A DNA stretch of 64,000 bases from the NCBI GenBank assembly GCA_965214605.1, contig OZ243961.1, positions 3,680,001-3,744,000 on the forward strand, given 5' to 3'. Position 1 is the stretch's first letter. Each line of letters opens with the position of its first letter. The translations under genes were made by a program, and so were the position numbers. This document shows, piece after piece, positions 61,096 through 64,000 of this stretch. This stretch comes from an uncultured Candidatus Binatia bacterium. Its GTDB lineage: Bacteria > Desulfobacterota > Binatia > Bin18. The notes below the pieces were generated by a model that did no database searches, was not told where the DNA came from, and worked only from the letters and a program-made list of their open reading frames with translations.

Positions 61096-61928
61096 AACAG
61101 ACGACACCTGCCGCTCCTCAAGCTGACCCGGAGGCGCCGTTGCCGAGGACGCCCCTCGCTGGATTGATCGGTTGGAATCGCTGGAGCGGCGGGCTGCTAG
61201 TCCTCATCGGTCTGGCCGGACTGTATGGGGGAGGGGCGAGGTTGGTCCGCTTTGTTGCTCACCAGCCCTATTTCGCCGTACAGCAGATTGTCGTCCACAC
61301 AGACGGACAGCTGTCACAGACCGATATCCAGCGCTGGAGCGGTATTCGTTCCGGTATGTCGCTGTTCGTGGTCGACCGCCAGCAGGTCGAAGCTCGACTC
61401 CTCAGCCATCCCCGGGTCGCCCGGGCCACGGTCGCCCGCCAGCTGCCCAACGCCGTCCACATTCGGGTCGAGGCCCGCCGACCCGTCGCTGTTGTCCGAG
61501 GCCCACAACTGGCCTATCTTGATCGCTACGGGAACTGCTTTCTTGACCCCGAACCCCCAACCGTCCGCCTTGATCTGCCCTACGTCAGCGGTCTGGCCGA
61601 CCTGCGACTAGACGCTCCGGCCGTCCGCCGCGTGTTGGCTGGCGTCCTACGCCTGTTGGCGGTGAGCCGGCTGTGGCGGGAACAGCTGTCTGAAATTCAC
61701 TGGGATCGAAACGTGGGCTATACTCTGTTTCTGGCCCAGCGACAGATCACAATTCGGGTTGGCGAGGAAGCGCGGCCCGAAAAACTGGTCCGCGTCGGGC
61801 GGGTACTTGAAACCTGGCCGGTCGATGGAGCGGCGGCTGTGTTTGATACCCGCTTTCGGAATCAGGTAGTGGTCCATCCTGTTCCGACCTCTGCCCAAGC
61901 TCCGACCCGTATGGGGGGATCTGCCTAG
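61092..61928 (+). CDS. ftsQ: Cell division protein FtsQ
   Basis: TM plus POTRA (HPRVARATVARQLPN) and DTRF motif; lies between ddl and ftsA. Confidence 0.88.
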   Translation: MKQTTPAAPQADPEAPLPRTPLAGLIGWNRWSGGLLVLIGLAGLYGGGARLVRFVAHQPYFAVQQIVVHTDGQLSQTDIQRWSGIRSGMSLFVVDRQQVEARLLSHPRVARATVARQLPNAVHIRVEARRPVAVVRGPQLAYLDRYGNCFLDPEPPTVRLDLPYVSGLADLRLDAPAVRRVLAGVLRLLAVSRLWREQLSEIHWDRNVGYTLFLAQRQITIRVGEEARPEKLVRVGRVLETWPVDGAAAVFDTRFRNQVVVHPVPTSAQAPTRMGGSA

Positions 61929-61941
61929 GGAGAAGAAGATA

Positions 61942-63171
61942 ATGTACAAGGATGCCGCTCTCCTAGTGAGTCTTGATATTGGTAGCTACAAAACTGCGGT
62001 AGTGGTGGCCCGGCAGAGCCTTGAGGAGCTGGAAATCCTGGGAGTCGGCAGCGCTCCTTCCCAGGGTTTGCGTAAGGGCCTGATCATCAACGTTGAAACT
62101 ACCGTACAGGCTATTCGGAACGCTGTTGAGGAAGCCCAAGCCAGGGCGAGCTGCGACATCTATGAGGTGAGCGGCAGCATTGTCGGCGGCTATGTGGACG
62201 GCATTACCAGCCAAGGCCTAGTCGTTATTGAGGACCAGGAGGTGCAGGCCAAGGATCTGCGCCGGGTCATTGAGGTAGGCCGCGCCCGCGCCCTGCCCGT
62301 CGACTGTGAGATCCTACACGTCATGCCCCAAGAATTCCTGGTCGACGGCCAGGACCGGGGCAGAGATCCGATTGGCAGCTCCGGAGTCCGTCTTGAGGCG
62401 GCGGTCCATCTGGTGGCGGTGGCTAGCAGCGCCATCCAAACCATCTCCAGGTGCTGTGAGCGGGCCGGATTGTCTCTGCACCGGCTGTATTTTACCGCCC
62501 TGGCCGCAGCCGAAGCTGTGCTCACTCCGGAAGAGAAGGAAATGGGGGTGGCGGTGCTTGATATTGGGGGTGGGACAACGAGCGTGATTGTCTTTGCCCA
62601 CGGGGTGCCCCAGCATACCGCGGTTTTACGACTCGGCGGCCATAATATTACCAACGATTTGGCGGTCGGCTTGCGCACGCCGCTGGCCGAGGCGGAAAAG
62701 CTCAAACAACAGTATGGCTGCGCGTTGATGGATCTCATCCTGCCCGGCGAAACGATTGGGATGCCGCGCATCGGCGGACGTGAACCGGCATTGCTCCTGC
62801 GGCGACGGTTAGGAGAAATCATCGAACCCCGGGCCGAGGAAATTTTAAGCCTGGCCAAGGAACAGATCGAGCAGGCGAGCTTGCTCAACAAACTGGGGTC
62901 CGGCCTAGTGCTGACCGGTGGCGGAGCGATATTGGCGGGCATGCCCGAGCTGGCTGAACGGGTTTTCCGAATGCCCACCCGACGTGGCAGGCCGCACTAT
63001 TTGGACGGCCTTGTTGACGAGTTGAACAGCCCCATGTATGCGACTAGTATAGGAACTATCTTATCCAGCATACAGGAGGGACAGCAGAACGGCATTAGGC
63101 CGACCCGTCATGGTCGAGGGTGGCAGCGTGTCCGGGAAGAGGTGGCGGGGTGGATTCGAGATTTTTTTTAG
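61942..63171 (+). CDS. ftsA: Cell division protein FtsA
   Basis: LDIGSYK, GLRKG, DIGGGTT, AEKLK, LTGGGA. Confidence 0.96.
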   Translation: MYKDAALLVSLDIGSYKTAVVVARQSLEELEILGVGSAPSQGLRKGLIINVETTVQAIRNAVEEAQARASCDIYEVSGSIVGGYVDGITSQGLVVIEDQEVQAKDLRRVIEVGRARALPVDCEILHVMPQEFLVDGQDRGRDPIGSSGVRLEAAVHLVAVASSAIQTISRCCERAGLSLHRLYFTALAAAEAVLTPEEKEMGVAVLDIGGGTTSVIVFAHGVPQHTAVLRLGGHNITNDLAVGLRTPLAEAEKLKQQYGCALMDLILPGETIGMPRIGGREPALLLRRRLGEIIEPRAEEILSLAKEQIEQASLLNKLGSGLVLTGGGAILAGMPELAERVFRMPTRRGRPHYLDGLVDELNSPMYATSIGTILSSIQEGQQNGIRPTRHGRGWQRVREEVAGWIRDFF

Positions 63172-63216
63172 CCCGTGGCCTTCCCGGTGGGGAGGAACTT
63201 AGCAAGGAGGTGCGAG

Positions 63217-64000
63217 ATGATTGAGTTTGTGGAGAATGAGAGGAATGGGGCGCAGATCCGCATCGTTGGCATTGGAGGGGCAGGCGGGAATGCTATTAAT
63301 ACCATGATTAGTGCCGGGTTGGCCGGGGTTGACTTTATCGTCGCTAATACGGACGCTCAGGCTCTGCAGATGAATCTGGCCCCGACCAAGGTTCAGCTCG
63401 GTAGTGATTTGACCAAAGGGCTAGGAGCCGGGGCGAATCCCGAAATCGGCCGTCGCTCGACGATTGAGAGCGAGGAAGAAATTGGCCAACACTTGCAGGG
63501 ATCCGATATGGTTTTTGTCACCGCCGGTATGGGTGGCGGCACGGGTACTGGAGGAGCGTCGGTCGTGGCGCGGATTGCCAAAGAGATAGGAGCACTTACT
63601 GTTGGTGTTGTGACCAAGCCCTTTCTGTTTGAGGGCAAAAGGCGTATGCGTCAGGCCGAAGAAGGGATTCGCGAGCTTAAAGACAACGTTGATACCCTGA
63701 TCTCTATTCCAAATCAGAGGCTGTTAGCCGTGGCCAGTCGCAGTCAGCCGCTGCTTGAGGCCTTCCATAAGGCCGACGAGGTACTCCTCCAAGCAGTGCG
63801 CGGTATTTCCGATCTGATTATGGTTGGCGGCCTGATTAATCTCGATTTTGCCGATGTACGGACGATTATGGCCGAGATGGGGATGGCCATTATGGGCGCG
63901 GCATCGGCCAACGGTGAGGGGCGGGCCGAGGAAGCTTCGCGTCGGGCAATTGCCAGCCCGTTGTTGGAAGATATTTCTATCCGTGGAGCAAAAGGCGTTC
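63217..64000 (+). CDS. ftsZ: Cell division protein FtsZ (runs off the right edge)
   Basis: Translated by hand after an AAGGAGG SD: [50 protein letters not shown]. Confidence 0.97.
   Translation, partial: MIEFVENERNGAQIRIVGIGGAGGNAINTMISAGLAGVDFIVANTDAQALQMNLAPTKVQLGSDLTKGLGAGANPEIGRRSTIESEEEIGQHLQGSDMVFVTAGMGGGTGTGGASVVARIAKEIGALTVGVVTKPFLFEGKRRMRQAEEGIRELKDNVDTLISIPNQRLLAVASRSQPLLEAFHKADEVLLQAVRGISDLIMVGGLINLDFADVRTIMAEMGMAIMGAASANGEGRAEEASRRAIASPLLEDISIRGAKGV

Noticed and set aside
1-64000. CRISPR arrays, tRNA/rRNA genes, intact transposases
   Set aside because: None seen by eye; short or degenerate elements could have been missed without tools.

Overview
A GC-rich, mostly housekeeping bacterial chromosome segment. 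Gene content and order suggest a deltaproteobacterial-type diderm, possibly Binatia-like and host-associated (inference only). From left to right: a TonB-dependent receptor cut by the left edge; an NCS2 permease with an extra C-terminal GHKL-like domain; yebC-ruvC-ruvA-ruvB; an NtrY-like kinase followed by a receiver domain fused to an intact-looking LpxC, then an M48/TPR protease; an SLC13/TrkA-C transporter and a luciferase-like monooxygenase; a lower-GC three-gene GHKL kinase/STAS/PIN cassette between decayed remnants of Type III restriction-modification mod and res genes; a MoxR/DUF58/VWA operon; a small operon with a degenerate MBL-fold lipoprotein, a PTPS-III-type enzyme and a cytochrome c; xerC-hslV-hslU; a peroxiredoxin, an acyl-CoA dehydrogenase pair, an amidohydrolase and a second LLM enzyme; purA, serA and a class V aminotransferase; and a dcw cluster (rsmH to ftsZ, cut by the right edge) that lacks mraZ, murF and murD. 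Several long intergenic gaps hold frameshifted pseudogenes. I saw no rRNA, tRNA, CRISPR array or intact IS element. The best candidates for new biology are the NtrY/REC-LpxC pair and the GHKL-STAS-PIN cassette nested in a dead Type III R-M locus. All family assignments come from reading motifs by eye and recalled family consensus, not from database searches.
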